Counted from the first letter of the stretch, positions 1 to 11,381 are shown. The stretch is DNA of 64,000 nt from Promethearchaeota archaeon (GCA_048941015.1 JBHLNZ010000005.1:25089-89088), one strand, 5' to 3'. The notes: a model not told the origin generated them from the letters alone. Program-made: numbers and translations.

Positions 1-265
1 TTTCGGTTACGATTGACGAACCGTTACTCAAAGATGTATCTTTAATAGTTTTTTCAACTTCTAAGTTTTCCATTTCTCTAACTTTGATAATCGCATCTTG
101 CATTTCTTTTAGTTCTTCAAAATCTAGATCGTCTAGATCTGAAAAATCACTTTTAAGATCCTTTATTTCTGTTAAATAGTCTTTCAAATCATCTTGATCT
201 TTAGAATCGTTTTCAAATTTTTTAGTTTCTTCTTGATCAAGATGGTTATTTTGTTTTTCATTCAT
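1..265 (-). CDS. Acidic hypothetical protein, N-terminal part only (runs off window start)
   Basis: Manual translation from ATG at 265: MNEKQNNHLDQEETKKFENDSKDQDDLKDYLTEIKDLKSDFSDLDDLDFEELKEMQDAIIKVREMENLEVEK..., open to the edge. Confidence 0.6.
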   Translation of the reverse strand, partial: MNEKQNNHLDQEETKKFENDSKDQDDLKDYLTEIKDLKSDFSDLDDLDFEELKEMQDAIIKVREMENLEVEKTIKDTSLSNGSSIVTE

Positions 266-448
266 TATTAAATTTATTAAGATTTAATTAAACAATATCT
301 TATTTTTCTCTAATAAAATAAATAATTCTTCTTTTCTTTAAATCTTAAGATTAGTTTAGAAATATTAAAGTATTAAATAAGTTAACTTTATCCTAAATTT
401 AAAAGAATATTTGAAAAATAAATTAGTCAGAAATAGGAAGTACAATTC

Positions 449-2701
449 CTATGTCTTTTTATAAATAAATCTTTCCCAACTCTTGGTAGATGGCATCTCT
501 ACTGGCATGTTTTTGCGCTTACGGATTTCAAGGATAAGATCTTCTTCTAGCGAAGGAGGGACCTTTTCAAAACCCGAAAATTCATAACCAAAAAATGCAC
601 GTCCTTGAGTTGCTCCTCGTATATCATCTGCAAGACCAATAGTTTCTGCTGCTGGAATACTTCCTTGGACTCTTACATACTCACCTTCGGGGATTACATT
701 AGTTATTCTTCCTCTTCTTTTTGTAATGATTGTACTTATATTACCTTCAGTTCCAGTAGGTGATTTGACATCAATTTTTTGGATAGGTTCATATAGATGT
801 GGAGCTGCATCTAACATTGCTAATGACATAGCTGAAAATGCCATACCAGCAATTTGTCCATATTGAGTATGTCTTGGATCTTCATGTATTACCATATCTG
901 TAAAAACTACTTTGAATCCAGCTGCAGGCTCTTTTGCTAATATACACTCACCTAACCAATCTCTAAAAGCAGCTGTTAGGTAAGATTTAACTCTATCAAA
1001 CCTCTGCAGACCTGAAGTCCCATTTACAAGTAAACTTCCATGATATACATCTACAATACGTCTTGCTTCTTTTGCATCCCATCCAGCTTCTTCCCTTAAA
1101 ATTTGCGCACGATCCTTTTCATTTTGTAAATCAGTGACCTTACCACTTTCAATTAATTTTTCAGTTTTCTCATCAAGTGGTTCTATATAAAGTAGGATAC
1201 GATTATGAGTATTTGCGGATTTTGTATAAAAATCTCTGCTCTTCTTCGATATTTTCTCTCGATAAACAATAATAGGTTCGCCAATAATAATTTCAACTTG
1301 ATTATTGATCCGTTTTGTCAAGATCTCAATTTGTAGAGGATCTATTCCACTTAATATAAATTCTCCTGACTCTTTATCCATTCTATATTCTGCGGTAGGA
1401 TCTGCTTGAAGCCATTTGCCCACAATTTCATCTAATTTATCAATTTCATGTGGATCACGCGCTTTAATGCTTCTTGAGACAACAGGTTCACAAGCGTAAC
1501 TTATTCGTTCAAAAGCGGGTAACCTTGCTTGCTCTTCTTTATCTTTAGGAACATCATCAGCAGCCATAAATGTTTCTCCAGAAGGACAAATAAATCCAAA
1601 TAAAGCGAATAAATTACCAGCAGGGACTTTATCCATATCTAAAATATCAGTTATTTCCATAACACCCAATCTTTTCAATCTCTGTTTACTTTTGTTGTTT
1701 ACGAGAAAAATTATATCGGACTGATTAAATGTACCTGAAAAGACTCTGCCAATTAACGTAGCTTGATAATTTCTCTTTGGATCTAAGAAAATCTTCGTAA
1801 TCATACCATATAAGGGTCCATTAGGGTCACTTTTTACCAACGATTTCCCCAATTCAGAATTTAAATCAGCCCCCCATATATGAGGAATTCTATATTTTGA
1901 TGCACTAACAGGATCTGGTAAGTGATCAACAACCATGCGAAGTAAAGGCTCATCCAAGGGCAAGTTATCTCTTAACCATTGTATATCCCCTTCATTGTAT
2001 TTTTGGAATACAGTTATAGGAGTATATCCTTTTTCCTTCAGAATCTCATATGTGAAGCCCCATCCATGCTTCGCAGAGCCTACAGCAACGCTATTTTTTC
2101 CGAAATCTATTCCCCAGTCAAATCCTTCTGGTCTTACCTTTCTAATGAGTTCATTCACTTGTTTTGTAATATCATCAATTTTTGCATAAGTATCTTCTGG
2201 GCTAAGTTTTAACTCACTTATCAATCTATCAACTTTATTAATAAATAGAACTGGTTTACATAGCTCTTCTCCAACTGCTAGTCGTATATTAGTTTCAGTT
2301 TGTGTCATAACTCCTTCTAATGCATCAACAAGAATAATTGCACCATCAGATCCTCTTAAGGCTCTTGATACTTCCCCTGTGAAGGAAATATGGCCAGGAG
2401 TATCGTTAATCTGGAAAATATATGGCTCTCGATCATCTTTTTTTCTAGGATCAGTAAAAGCAAGCAATACTACAGATGTAAAAATAGTAATACCTCTTTC
2501 TTGTTCTTCATCATCAGAATCTGTCATTTGAAGCTGTCCTGCATCTTCTGGACGCATAAGACCAGCTCTCCTCAGTAGATAATCCGTTGCTGTTGTTTTA
2601 CCGTGATCTATATGAGCTGTTATCGAAAAGATTCTTTTTTTAGAATAATTTGTACTAGAAACCATCGACTGAATTTCTTCGGGGTTCTTTACTTTAACCA
2701 T
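449..2701 (-). CDS. fusA: Elongation factor 2 family GTPase, probably the divergent aEF-2p-type paralog
   Basis: AHIDHGKT, ERGITI, DTPGH and NKVD motifs; domain IV loop reads HEDPRHTQYGQI instead of HxDxxHRG. Confidence 0.9.
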   Translation of the reverse strand: MVKVKNPEEIQSMVSSTNYSKKRIFSITAHIDHGKTTATDYLLRRAGLMRPEDAGQLQMTDSDDEEQERGITIFTSVVLLAFTDPRKKDDREPYIFQINDTPGHISFTGEVSRALRGSDGAIILVDALEGVMTQTETNIRLAVGEELCKPVLFINKVDRLISELKLSPEDTYAKIDDITKQVNELIRKVRPEGFDWGIDFGKNSVAVGSAKHGWGFTYEILKEKGYTPITVFQKYNEGDIQWLRDNLPLDEPLLRMVVDHLPDPVSASKYRIPHIWGADLNSELGKSLVKSDPNGPLYGMITKIFLDPKRNYQATLIGRVFSGTFNQSDIIFLVNNKSKQRLKRLGVMEITDILDMDKVPAGNLFALFGFICPSGETFMAADDVPKDKEEQARLPAFERISYACEPVVSRSIKARDPHEIDKLDEIVGKWLQADPTAEYRMDKESGEFILSGIDPLQIEILTKRINNQVEIIIGEPIIVYREKISKKSRDFYTKSANTHNRILLYIEPLDEKTEKLIESGKVTDLQNEKDRAQILREEAGWDAKEARRIVDVYHGSLLVNGTSGLQRFDRVKSYLTAAFRDWLGECILAKEPAAGFKVVFTDMVIHEDPRHTQYGQIAGMAFSAMSLAMLDAAPHLYEPIQKIDVKSPTGTEGNISTIITKRRGRITNVIPEGEYVRVQGSIPAAETIGLADDIRGATQGRAFFGYEFSGFEKVPPSLEEDLILEIRKRKNMPVEMPSTKSWERFIYKKT

Positions 2702-2991
2702 TTTAAATTCACTTTAATCTTGTTATAATTGAATAGAGTGTAATAATTAAAAAAAAAAATATGAGAAATGATAAAAATTTTATGTTTTAAATGTATAAAT
2801 TGCTATTTATTATAATTTTTCTTTAATATATGCTAAATAGTTAAGTTTTTTTAAGGATTGAGAAATTAGTGTACTTTATTCAACAAATTCATATCCTGGT
2901 TTTTCTAGAATTTCAATTTCTTTTTTCTTATGTAACTCAGCATTTCTTTCTTTGGTATTATTCATTCAGGACTTTAAAGATTATTCTTAAC

Positions 2992-4446
2992 TTAAATAAA
3001 TGGTAAGATAAGGTTTATTAAAATAAATAATGTTCTTTTTGCAGATTTAGTTTTAGCATTAACTGCTTGAGAAATATTAGTTACTTCAAAATTTTCTGGT
3101 AAATTATTTTTAATATTATCAGTTAGAAAATCTAAAAATGAATGATAATCTCTTTTTGTTTCTACCCAAAGATAATTATCTTTTTCAAGAAAATTAGGAT
3201 TTTTAAGTTTAAATTTTTCTGAATGGCTTTTTTCTGAAATTGGAGGACCTCTACGTATATAAGTATTTGAAATCTCTGGGGTTTCACAATAAAAAGCAAT
3301 GTTGTATTCACCACTGTTTTCTTCAAAATATATCTCATATTCAATACTCTTAAACCTGTCGTGATGTGAATATTCTTTTTCTCCATTTGCTTTTATACCT
3401 TCAGCTAAAGAATATAATTTATCCCTATTTATTGTATAATGAATGCTGGGTTCTAAATTCTTCAACTCAATTATAAAGATTTTAAATAGGAGATTATTAT
3501 TAATGTCCTTTAAATTTATTAAAGGAATCTCTTTAATTTCAAAAAAATCTTCTCTAGGATCATTCAAAAATTCCTTAATTTTAAAATTAATATATTTATA
3601 TGCTTTTTTCGAAATCGCGGATGCCACGTTTCTATTTTTGTCAATAGGATCTACTATTATGAGATAATCTTGTTGAAAATGAACAAGCTTTTCTAGATCT
3701 TTTGGGTCCCTTTCATAATAATCCAATGGGTTATCTTTTAATTCATTAAAATGTATCAAAAGATTTTTTAAGTTTTTAAAATAATATATTAACAACTCTG
3801 CACTATAACCAATGAATCCCACTCTTCCTATTGCACTTTTATCACCGTAAGAGTGTGATGCTTTGAAGAACTGTTTTAATAATCTTACATCATCTTTTTG
3901 TGCAGGAGTCAAATTATCTCTAATAAAGCGCCCATGCCAAGGGGATCTATCAACTGCGGTAATAGGTCCAAATTTTTTAATATAATCTAAATCTAAATCA
4001 AAATATAGGACAATATCTACTTTTATTTTTAGTTTATCAACTATATAATCTACAGTAACATATGGATGTTCAGCGAACAAAAGCCTTGGATTATGAAATT
4101 CTTTTGGTGATAATGATTTTATAATCCAATTATTACAGAGTTTTAAAAAATCTTTCTTAGATTCCTTTTTTAACCTACTTTTACTCAGTCCTTTATATTT
4201 ATGCTTATATAATTCATAATCTAGCCCTATAAACAAATCAATATCAAAATTATTTTGTAATTGAGTTTGTTTTATACCTGTAGATCCCTGTGGTTCGATT
4301 TTCGTGTATTTGATATTTAATTTTTGAGCAGTTTTACTGAGAGTATTAATTAACTTCTGATTAATATCATCTATTAAACTCAATTCCTGAGTTGTAGGTA
4401 TAATACTATTCAAAACATTAGAAAGAACTTTATTTAAATCTGTCAT
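2992..4446 (-). CDS. cca: Class I CCA-adding enzyme
   Basis: GSTGIKQTQL..FDIDLF nucleotidyltransferase motif, AEHPY, TAVDRSPWH, GFIGYSAELL, DPIDKNRNVASA. Confidence 0.92.
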   Translation of the reverse strand: MTDLNKVLSNVLNSIIPTTQELSLIDDINQKLINTLSKTAQKLNIKYTKIEPQGSTGIKQTQLQNNFDIDLFIGLDYELYKHKYKGLSKSRLKKESKKDFLKLCNNWIIKSLSPKEFHNPRLLFAEHPYVTVDYIVDKLKIKVDIVLYFDLDLDYIKKFGPITAVDRSPWHGRFIRDNLTPAQKDDVRLLKQFFKASHSYGDKSAIGRVGFIGYSAELLIYYFKNLKNLLIHFNELKDNPLDYYERDPKDLEKLVHFQQDYLIIVDPIDKNRNVASAISKKAYKYINFKIKEFLNDPREDFFEIKEIPLINLKDINNNLLFKIFIIELKNLEPSIHYTINRDKLYSLAEGIKANGEKEYSHHDRFKSIEYEIYFEENSGEYNIAFYCETPEISNTYIRRGPPISEKSHSEKFKLKNPNFLEKDNYLWVETKRDYHSFLDFLTDNIKNNLPENFEVTNISQAVNAKTKSAKRTLFILINLILPFI

Positions 4447-4556
4447 GAATCTGAAATCAGTATAAAGAGATTAGTTTTAATCATTCTTATAATTATTAAT
4501 TACTTTAATATTTAAAAAATTCTTTAAATAGTTGCAGAAAGAAAAGGATTCAATAA

Positions 4557-6365
4557 TCACATGCCCCACCACGGGTGTGTTGACTTTCTCATTAATATTA
4601 TATAGTCCTTTAAAGCCTCTTTTTGATCAACTGTTAATTCGTTTACAAATTTGCCCATTAATTGTCTCACATGAGATTCTGGAACACGCACGAATAATAT
4701 TTCATCTTTTGCTAAATCTTTACCAATTTCTATTCCTCTTATGGATACTGCAACTTCTGAATCTTTATTTGCCTTTTCTAAAGTTTTTCCTTTATCTTGA
4801 ATTTGATGAATTCTTCTTATTTTTTTACCTTGGTCAGTTATTAACGGAACTTTTGGAAATAAGGTTCCCGCTTCGACATGAACTCCGAAAACAGCAGGAT
4901 TCGAATTTCTAAAAATAAAATCTGGAAGCATTTTAAGTTTTGCGGGCAATATTAACTCACTTAAACCTTTAGCTGTATCTTCTGCTTTCCGAGTTTCGGA
5001 ATATTCGATATAATCTTCCAATAATCGATAAATTACATCATTCGTAAAAATTCTGATGTTATCGATGGTCGCTTGTTCTCGAGCTTCAGGTAAGATTGCA
5101 ACATTGAAGCCTAGAACAACAGCAGAATAAGGATCTAGATTTTTAACTATATTAGCATTAATAACATCCTCCTTTTTTATGGGACCTACATCAGCAATAC
5201 TTATCTTGACTCCATTTTTTGTAAAGTGATTTTCCAAAGCTTCAAGAGAACCTAATGTGTCTGCTTTTAACACAACTCCCGCTTTATCTGTTTTTATTCT
5301 AATACTTTGAACCTCTTCTTCAATTTGCTTATATACGGTATCCTCGTTTGATGGATCTGATATAGTTCTAAATGGTGATCCCGCAACAACATCATCAATA
5401 TTTGGTGCAAGAATTTTAATACCAGAAGCTGCACTTACTAGATTTTCAGAATCAAATTTCTGACGTGGATCTCGAATCTCATCAAGTGGTTTCGGTCTTA
5501 AAAGAGCTCTTACTTTAGATTTTATAGGTTTTTCAAGTCCACCTACGATAAAATCATCTCCTTTTTTAATAATGCCATCGTAGATTAATACATCCATAGT
5601 TATTCCTTGTCCTTTTTCCTTTTTTACTTCTAAAACAACTCCTTTAGCTGGCCCTTCTGAAAATTGCAAATTTTCTGTTAAATATTGCTGTACTAAACCC
5701 ATTAATATTAAAAGTAAGGTTGATATGCCTTCACCTGTTTTTGCACTAGTTGGAACAATAGCTACTTTCTTGGTAAAATCAGAAATTTTATCATACCTAT
5801 CAATACCTTTAAATCCTTCTTCCAAAAAGTTACCAACAATTTCTAATAATTTTTCATCTAAAAAATCTCTTACATGGGGTTTTTGAGAGTTATATGAATC
5901 TAAAAAGTCTGCATCCTTTTTTGATTTCCAACCAGAAATACGATCTATTTTATTAGCAGCTATAACAAAAGGTGTTTTTCGCTCTCTTAATATCCTTACT
6001 GACTCCCATGTAATTGGCATTGTTCCTGCAGTGACATCAATTACTAAAATAGCAATATCAGCTACTGCACCACCTCTACGTCTTAAATTCATAAATGCAG
6101 CATGTCCGGGTGTATCTACTACTAAGATTCCTGGAAGTTTGATATCTTTTTCAGCAAATTCTTGCTTGGATTTACTTAAAAATATTTTAATATCCTCGGT
6201 TGGAAAATAAGAAGCGCCTATGTGTTGAGTAATACCTGCAGCTTCTCTTTGTTGAACCACAGTTCCTCTAATATAATCTAAGATACTAGTTTTTCCGTGA
6301 TCAATATGCCCTAAAATACAAACTATTGGAGCTCTGATAACTTTGCTGCTGCTTTCTGCTGTCAT
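4557..6365 (-). CDS. infB: Translation initiation factor aIF5B (IF-2)
   Basis: RAPIVCILGHIDHGKT, GITQHIGA, DTPGHAAF, NKID, KADTLGSLEAL. Confidence 0.97.
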   Translation of the reverse strand: MTAESSSKVIRAPIVCILGHIDHGKTSILDYIRGTVVQQREAAGITQHIGASYFPTEDIKIFLSKSKQEFAEKDIKLPGILVVDTPGHAAFMNLRRRGGAVADIAILVIDVTAGTMPITWESVRILRERKTPFVIAANKIDRISGWKSKKDADFLDSYNSQKPHVRDFLDEKLLEIVGNFLEEGFKGIDRYDKISDFTKKVAIVPTSAKTGEGISTLLLILMGLVQQYLTENLQFSEGPAKGVVLEVKKEKGQGITMDVLIYDGIIKKGDDFIVGGLEKPIKSKVRALLRPKPLDEIRDPRQKFDSENLVSAASGIKILAPNIDDVVAGSPFRTISDPSNEDTVYKQIEEEVQSIRIKTDKAGVVLKADTLGSLEALENHFTKNGVKISIADVGPIKKEDVINANIVKNLDPYSAVVLGFNVAILPEAREQATIDNIRIFTNDVIYRLLEDYIEYSETRKAEDTAKGLSELILPAKLKMLPDFIFRNSNPAVFGVHVEAGTLFPKVPLITDQGKKIRRIHQIQDKGKTLEKANKDSEVAVSIRGIEIGKDLAKDEILFVRVPESHVRQLMGKFVNELTVDQKEALKDYIILMRKSTHPWWGM

Positions 6366-6459
6366 AGCAAACCATCGTCAAAATATAATTTAATAATTAT
6401 TATTATTTTATTATTTCTAATTTAAAAAAAGTAATTGAAAGTTTAGAAAGATTTCTATA

Positions 6460-9333
6460 TCAGTTATGATTTAGATACTTTTTTAGATATTTTCCGGTAT
6501 ACGATTTTTTGTTTTGAACAATTTCTTCTGGTATCCCTTCTGCAACTATTTCTCCCCCTTTTTCGCCACCTTCAGGCCCAAGATCTATTATATAATCTAC
6601 AGACTTTACAATTTCCATATTATGTTCTATAATGATGACAGTATTTCCTTTATCCACAAGCTTTTGAAGTACTTTCAATAAAAACTGAATATCATACATA
6701 TGTAAGCCTGTTGTTGGTTCATCTAAAATGTAAAGGGTGTTTCCGGTACTAGTTTTTCTTAATTCTCTTGCTATTTTAATTCTCTGTGATTCTCCACCAC
6801 TTAAAGTAGTAGATGATTGTCCTAGCTCTAAATATCCTAACCCCACATCAACAACAGTTTTTAATGTACTTTTTAACTTAGGAAAGCTATCAAAAAATTC
6901 TAAAGCTTGATGAAATGTCATTTTTAATATATCTGATATTGATTTTCCACGATATTTGATGTCGAGCGTTTCAGCATTATAACGTTTTCCTTTACATAGA
7001 TCACATTTAATGTAAACATCTGGCAAAAAATACATCTCTTTTAAAATATATCCTGTTCCTTTACATTTTTTACAATGTCCTGCTTTAGTATTAAAACTAA
7101 ATCTTCCTTTTTTATAGCCTCTTACTCTAGACTCAGGTAAGCCAGCAAATATTTCTCTGATATAATCCAAAGCTTTAGTATAGGTAGAGGGAACAGATCT
7201 TGGAGTTCTACCAATAGGAGATTGATCAATATTTATGATTTTATCTACTTTTTCAAAACCTATTATCTCATCAAAATCTCCCGTGGTTAATCGTGAACTA
7301 CGAGTATTTATAATGTTATGTAATCCTTTATATAAACAGTCAATTATTAAACTAGTTTTTCCAGCACCAGAAACTCCCGTTATACAAGTAAATATTCCTA
7401 GAGGGATTTTAACATTTAAGTTTTTTAAATTATTTTCTCTAGCTCCTTTTATTTCAATTAAATTATCACTTATTTTTCTTCTAATCTTGGGAAGTTCAAT
7501 TTTTTTTTTACCAGATAAAAATTTACCAGTTAAAGTTTTTGATTCTAGAATAACCTCAAGTGGACCCTGAGCGACTATTTTTCCTCCATTTTCTCCCGCT
7601 AATGGTCCTAAATCGATAATATGATCAGCATTTCTCATAATTTCATCATCATGTTCTACAACGATTACAGTATTACCTAAATCTCTAAGTTTTTTTAACA
7701 TATCAATAAGTCGATTTATATCTCTCTGATGTAAACCTACACTAGGTTCATCTAATACATATAAAACACCTACCAAACTCGATCCTAATTGAGTTGCTAA
7801 TCTTATCCTCTCAGCTTCTCCCACCGATAAAGTGTGAGATCGACGACTCAGAGTTATATAATCTAAACCAACATTATCCAAAAATGATAATCTAGCGAGA
7901 ATCTCTTTTAAAACATCCTTGACAATAGCTTTTTGAGTATCATTTAAAACTAAATCATTAAAAAATTTTAACGAATCTTTAACAGAGAGATTAGATAAAT
8001 CCGCAATATTTAATCCATTAATTGTTACCGCTAAACTCTCTGGTTTTAATCTTTTGCCTTTACATTGAGGACAATCTATCTGATTCATAAAGCTTTCATA
8101 TATTTCTCTTGCCCATTCAGAGCGAGTTTCCATATATCTCCTATGCAACCAAGGGATTATCCCTTCAAATGGTCTTACGACATGCCATGAAGATTTTACT
8201 TCACTTTTGGAGTGATTAAATTCATTATTTTCGCTTTTAAAATGAAATTCAATCGACTCATCCTCAGTCCCGAACAATATTTTATGAAGTTTCTCAGGAT
8301 CAATGTCCTTTAATGAAGTCTTATTCACATTAAATCCGTAATGTTTTGCAACTTGTTCTATAGATTGCCAAGAATACCCATTAGAAGAGCCAAATCCAGG
8401 AATATCTCTTATAGGCGTATCTTGCAGAGGTATATCTAAATCCTCCCCTAAAATAAGACCATAATCAAATTCCATGACTGTTCCCAAACCACTACAATAT
8501 TTACAACTTCCATGAGGAATATTGAATGAAAACATTTTGTGATCTAAAGCAGGAAAAGATATTCCACAATCGACGCAAGCAAGATGTTCTGAATATATCT
8601 GTTCTTCTTTTCCAACGACTTCGATAATTACAATACCATCTGTTAAATTCAAAGCAGTTTCAATAGAATCTGCCAATCTAGATTTTATTCCATCTTTCAT
8701 CACTAACCTATCGACAATTACATTGATGGTATGTTTAACATTTTTTTCCATTGAAATTTCTTCATCAAGAGTGTATTGAATTCCATCAATTTCTACCCTA
8801 ATATATCCTTGCTTTTTAAGATCTTGGAGTAGTTCTTTGTATTCTCCTTTTCTATCTCTGATTATAGGTGCTTTAATGATAAATTTTTCAGAATCTCTAA
8901 TAGATACTAATACTTGCTCAATGATTTGTTGAGGAGTTTGAGGTTTAATTTCTTTCCCACAATTGGGACAGTGAGGAATACCAATATTGGCAAATAATAG
9001 CCTATAATAATCATAAATTTCAGTTACGGTCCCAACGGTACTTCTAGGATTTTTAGATAATGGTTTTTGTTCTATTGCTATAGCAGGTGACAATCCTTCT
9101 ATAGAGTCTACATCTGGTTTATCCATCTCACCAAGAAATTGCCTAGCATAACTCGATAAGGACTCTAAAAATCTTCTTTGGCCTTCGGCATATAAAGTAT
9201 CCATTGCTAAACTTGATTTTCCACTTCCACTTATACCTGTAATTATCACTAATTTATTCCTTGGAATAATAACATCTATGTTTTTTAAATTGTTCTGTCT
9301 GGCTCCTTTAATAATAATGGAAGTATCGCTCAT
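6460..9333 (-). CDS. uvrA: Excinuclease ABC subunit A
   Basis: GARQNNLKN, GISGSGKSSLA, YAEGQRRFLESLS, two ABC cassettes and Zn fingers. Confidence 0.98.
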   Translation of the reverse strand: MSDTSIIIKGARQNNLKNIDVIIPRNKLVIITGISGSGKSSLAMDTLYAEGQRRFLESLSSYARQFLGEMDKPDVDSIEGLSPAIAIEQKPLSKNPRSTVGTVTEIYDYYRLLFANIGIPHCPNCGKEIKPQTPQQIIEQVLVSIRDSEKFIIKAPIIRDRKGEYKELLQDLKKQGYIRVEIDGIQYTLDEEISMEKNVKHTINVIVDRLVMKDGIKSRLADSIETALNLTDGIVIIEVVGKEEQIYSEHLACVDCGISFPALDHKMFSFNIPHGSCKYCSGLGTVMEFDYGLILGEDLDIPLQDTPIRDIPGFGSSNGYSWQSIEQVAKHYGFNVNKTSLKDIDPEKLHKILFGTEDESIEFHFKSENNEFNHSKSEVKSSWHVVRPFEGIIPWLHRRYMETRSEWAREIYESFMNQIDCPQCKGKRLKPESLAVTINGLNIADLSNLSVKDSLKFFNDLVLNDTQKAIVKDVLKEILARLSFLDNVGLDYITLSRRSHTLSVGEAERIRLATQLGSSLVGVLYVLDEPSVGLHQRDINRLIDMLKKLRDLGNTVIVVEHDDEIMRNADHIIDLGPLAGENGGKIVAQGPLEVILESKTLTGKFLSGKKKIELPKIRRKISDNLIEIKGARENNLKNLNVKIPLGIFTCITGVSGAGKTSLIIDCLYKGLHNIINTRSSRLTTGDFDEIIGFEKVDKIINIDQSPIGRTPRSVPSTYTKALDYIREIFAGLPESRVRGYKKGRFSFNTKAGHCKKCKGTGYILKEMYFLPDVYIKCDLCKGKRYNAETLDIKYRGKSISDILKMTFHQALEFFDSFPKLKSTLKTVVDVGLGYLELGQSSTTLSGGESQRIKIARELRKTSTGNTLYILDEPTTGLHMYDIQFLLKVLQKLVDKGNTVIIIEHNMEIVKSVDYIIDLGPEGGEKGGEIVAEGIPEEIVQNKKSYTGKYLKKYLNHN

Positions 9334-9374
9334 TATGTCCTCATAAATTTTTAATTAATAGTCAAACAAAAAAT

Positions 9375-11381
9375 TCATGCTTTTATTTTATAATCTTCAT
9401 TGATTTCTTTTATTTTGTCCCTTAAATAGGCAGCATCTTCAAATCTTAGTTCTTTTGCTGCTAAGAACATTTTATTTTCAAGATACCCAATAACCACATC
9501 TAAATCTCCTTCTTCCTCTAACTGTTTTATCTTTTCTTTTATTGATTGCTTTAAACGCTTTGCTTCCTTTTCCTTTAGCTCTTTCTCTTCAGAAAGAGAT
9601 TCTAATATATTCTTTTTTATAGTTTGCGGTGTTATATTATGTTGCTTGTTATACTCACTCTGCTTTTTCCTTCTTCTATTGGTTTCATCAATTGCTGCTT
9701 TCATCGCTGGAGATAGTTTTTCAGCATATAATATAGCCCTTCCCTCAACGTTTCTCGAAGCTCTTCCTATTGTTTGAATTAATGATCTGGTGTCTCTTAA
9801 GAAGCCGAGCTTATCAGCGTCTAAAATCGCTACTAATTTTACTTCTGGTAAATCTAACCCTTCCCTTAATAGATTTATTCCAACAACTGCATCAAACGTA
9901 CCATCTCTAAGTTGTCTTAAGATATCAAACCGTTCAACGGTATCTACTTCTGAATGTAGGTAAGCAATTTTTATTCCTAACTCTGAATAATATTCAGCGA
10001 TATCTTCGGACATTCGCTTAGTTAAAGTTGTTATCAGAGCTCTTCCTTTATTCTTAATAACATTTCGAAGTTCATTTAATAAATCATCAATTTGATTTTT
10101 AGCAGATCTGACCTCAACTTGAGGATCCACTAAGCCTGTAGGCCGTATAATCTGTTCTGCTGAAATACCTCTACTTTTTTTAAGCTCATAATCTCCAGGT
10201 GTAGCACTCATGAAGATAATATACTTTATTTTGCTTTCCCATTCTTCAAATGTAAGAGGTCGATTATCAAAAGCACTGGGTAATCGCCAACCATATTCAA
10301 CAAGATTTTGTTTTCGCGAGCGATCACCACCAATCATTCCATGAATTTGAGGGATTGTAATGTGAGATTCATCCACAACGACTAAAAAATCATCTGGAAA
10401 ATAATCAATTAGACACATAGGGGGGGTTCCAGGAAGGCGACCATCTAAATGCCTTGAATAATTTTCAATTCCTTTGCACCATCCCATCTCCCTCATCATT
10501 TCTAAATCAAATTTAACTCTTTTTTCTATCCATTCAGCTTCAGGATATCGCTTTTTATCCAAAAAATATTTGATTCGCTCTTCCAATTCAAGTTCAATCG
10601 ATTCTAATGCTTTTATTTTATTTTCTTCAGGAATAATAAAATGTGTTGCGGGAAAAATTCTACAATTTGTTAAATCTTTTATTACTTCATGAGATATAGG
10701 ATGGATTTCTTGAATGGTCTCAATTTCATCTCCAAAAAGTGATACACGAATTGCTGTGTCGAGATATGCTGGAAATATATCAATAAGATCACCCCGAACT
10801 CTTAAGACTCCCGGTTTAAATTCAATGTCTTTTCGTTCATAATTCATCCTTATCAAACCTTTAATAATATCAGAACGTTTTATAGATTGTCCGATCTCGA
10901 GGTTAACTGAAACTGCGGTCCAAACCTCAGGATCTCCTATTCCATATATGCATGAAACCGTAGCAACGATTATTACATCCTTTCGAGTTCTAATTGCATG
11001 AGTTGCTGCTAATCGTAACCTTTCGATTTCTTCATTAACACTAAAATCTTTCTCTATATACATACCAGTAACAGGCATAAATGCTTCAGGTTGGTAATAA
11101 TCATAATAACTAACGAAATAATGAACTGCATTCTCAGGAAATAATTCTTTAAGTTCATTATATAATTGAGCCGCTAGTGTTTTATTAGGAGCCATAATAA
11201 GAGTGGGTTTTTGTATCTCTTCAATAATGTTAGCAATAGTAAAGGTTTTACCTGTTCCAGTAGCCCCTAATAATGTTTGAAATTTCTTTCCATTCTCAAT
11301 TCCATCTTTAAGGGCTGAAATCGCAATTGGCTGGTCTCCCGCAGGGGAAAATTCTGTTTTAATTTTGAAATTTGAACTCAT
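9375..11381 (-). CDS. uvrB: Excinuclease ABC subunit B
   Basis: PAGDQP, GATGTGKTFT, YFVSYYDYYQPEA, VDESH, C-terminal UVR domain (LRFEDAAYLRD). Confidence 0.98.
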   Translation of the reverse strand: MSSNFKIKTEFSPAGDQPIAISALKDGIENGKKFQTLLGATGTGKTFTIANIIEEIQKPTLIMAPNKTLAAQLYNELKELFPENAVHYFVSYYDYYQPEAFMPVTGMYIEKDFSVNEEIERLRLAATHAIRTRKDVIIVATVSCIYGIGDPEVWTAVSVNLEIGQSIKRSDIIKGLIRMNYERKDIEFKPGVLRVRGDLIDIFPAYLDTAIRVSLFGDEIETIQEIHPISHEVIKDLTNCRIFPATHFIIPEENKIKALESIELELEERIKYFLDKKRYPEAEWIEKRVKFDLEMMREMGWCKGIENYSRHLDGRLPGTPPMCLIDYFPDDFLVVVDESHITIPQIHGMIGGDRSRKQNLVEYGWRLPSAFDNRPLTFEEWESKIKYIIFMSATPGDYELKKSRGISAEQIIRPTGLVDPQVEVRSAKNQIDDLLNELRNVIKNKGRALITTLTKRMSEDIAEYYSELGIKIAYLHSEVDTVERFDILRQLRDGTFDAVVGINLLREGLDLPEVKLVAILDADKLGFLRDTRSLIQTIGRASRNVEGRAILYAEKLSPAMKAAIDETNRRRKKQSEYNKQHNITPQTIKKNILESLSEEKELKEKEAKRLKQSIKEKIKQLEEEGDLDVVIGYLENKMFLAAKELRFEDAAYLRDKIKEINEDYKIKA

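Noticed and set aside
2876-2965. 29-codon minus-strand ORF MNNTKERNAELHKKKEIEILEKPGYEFVE between cca and EF-2
   Set aside because: Too short and no homology recognised; cannot be told from chance
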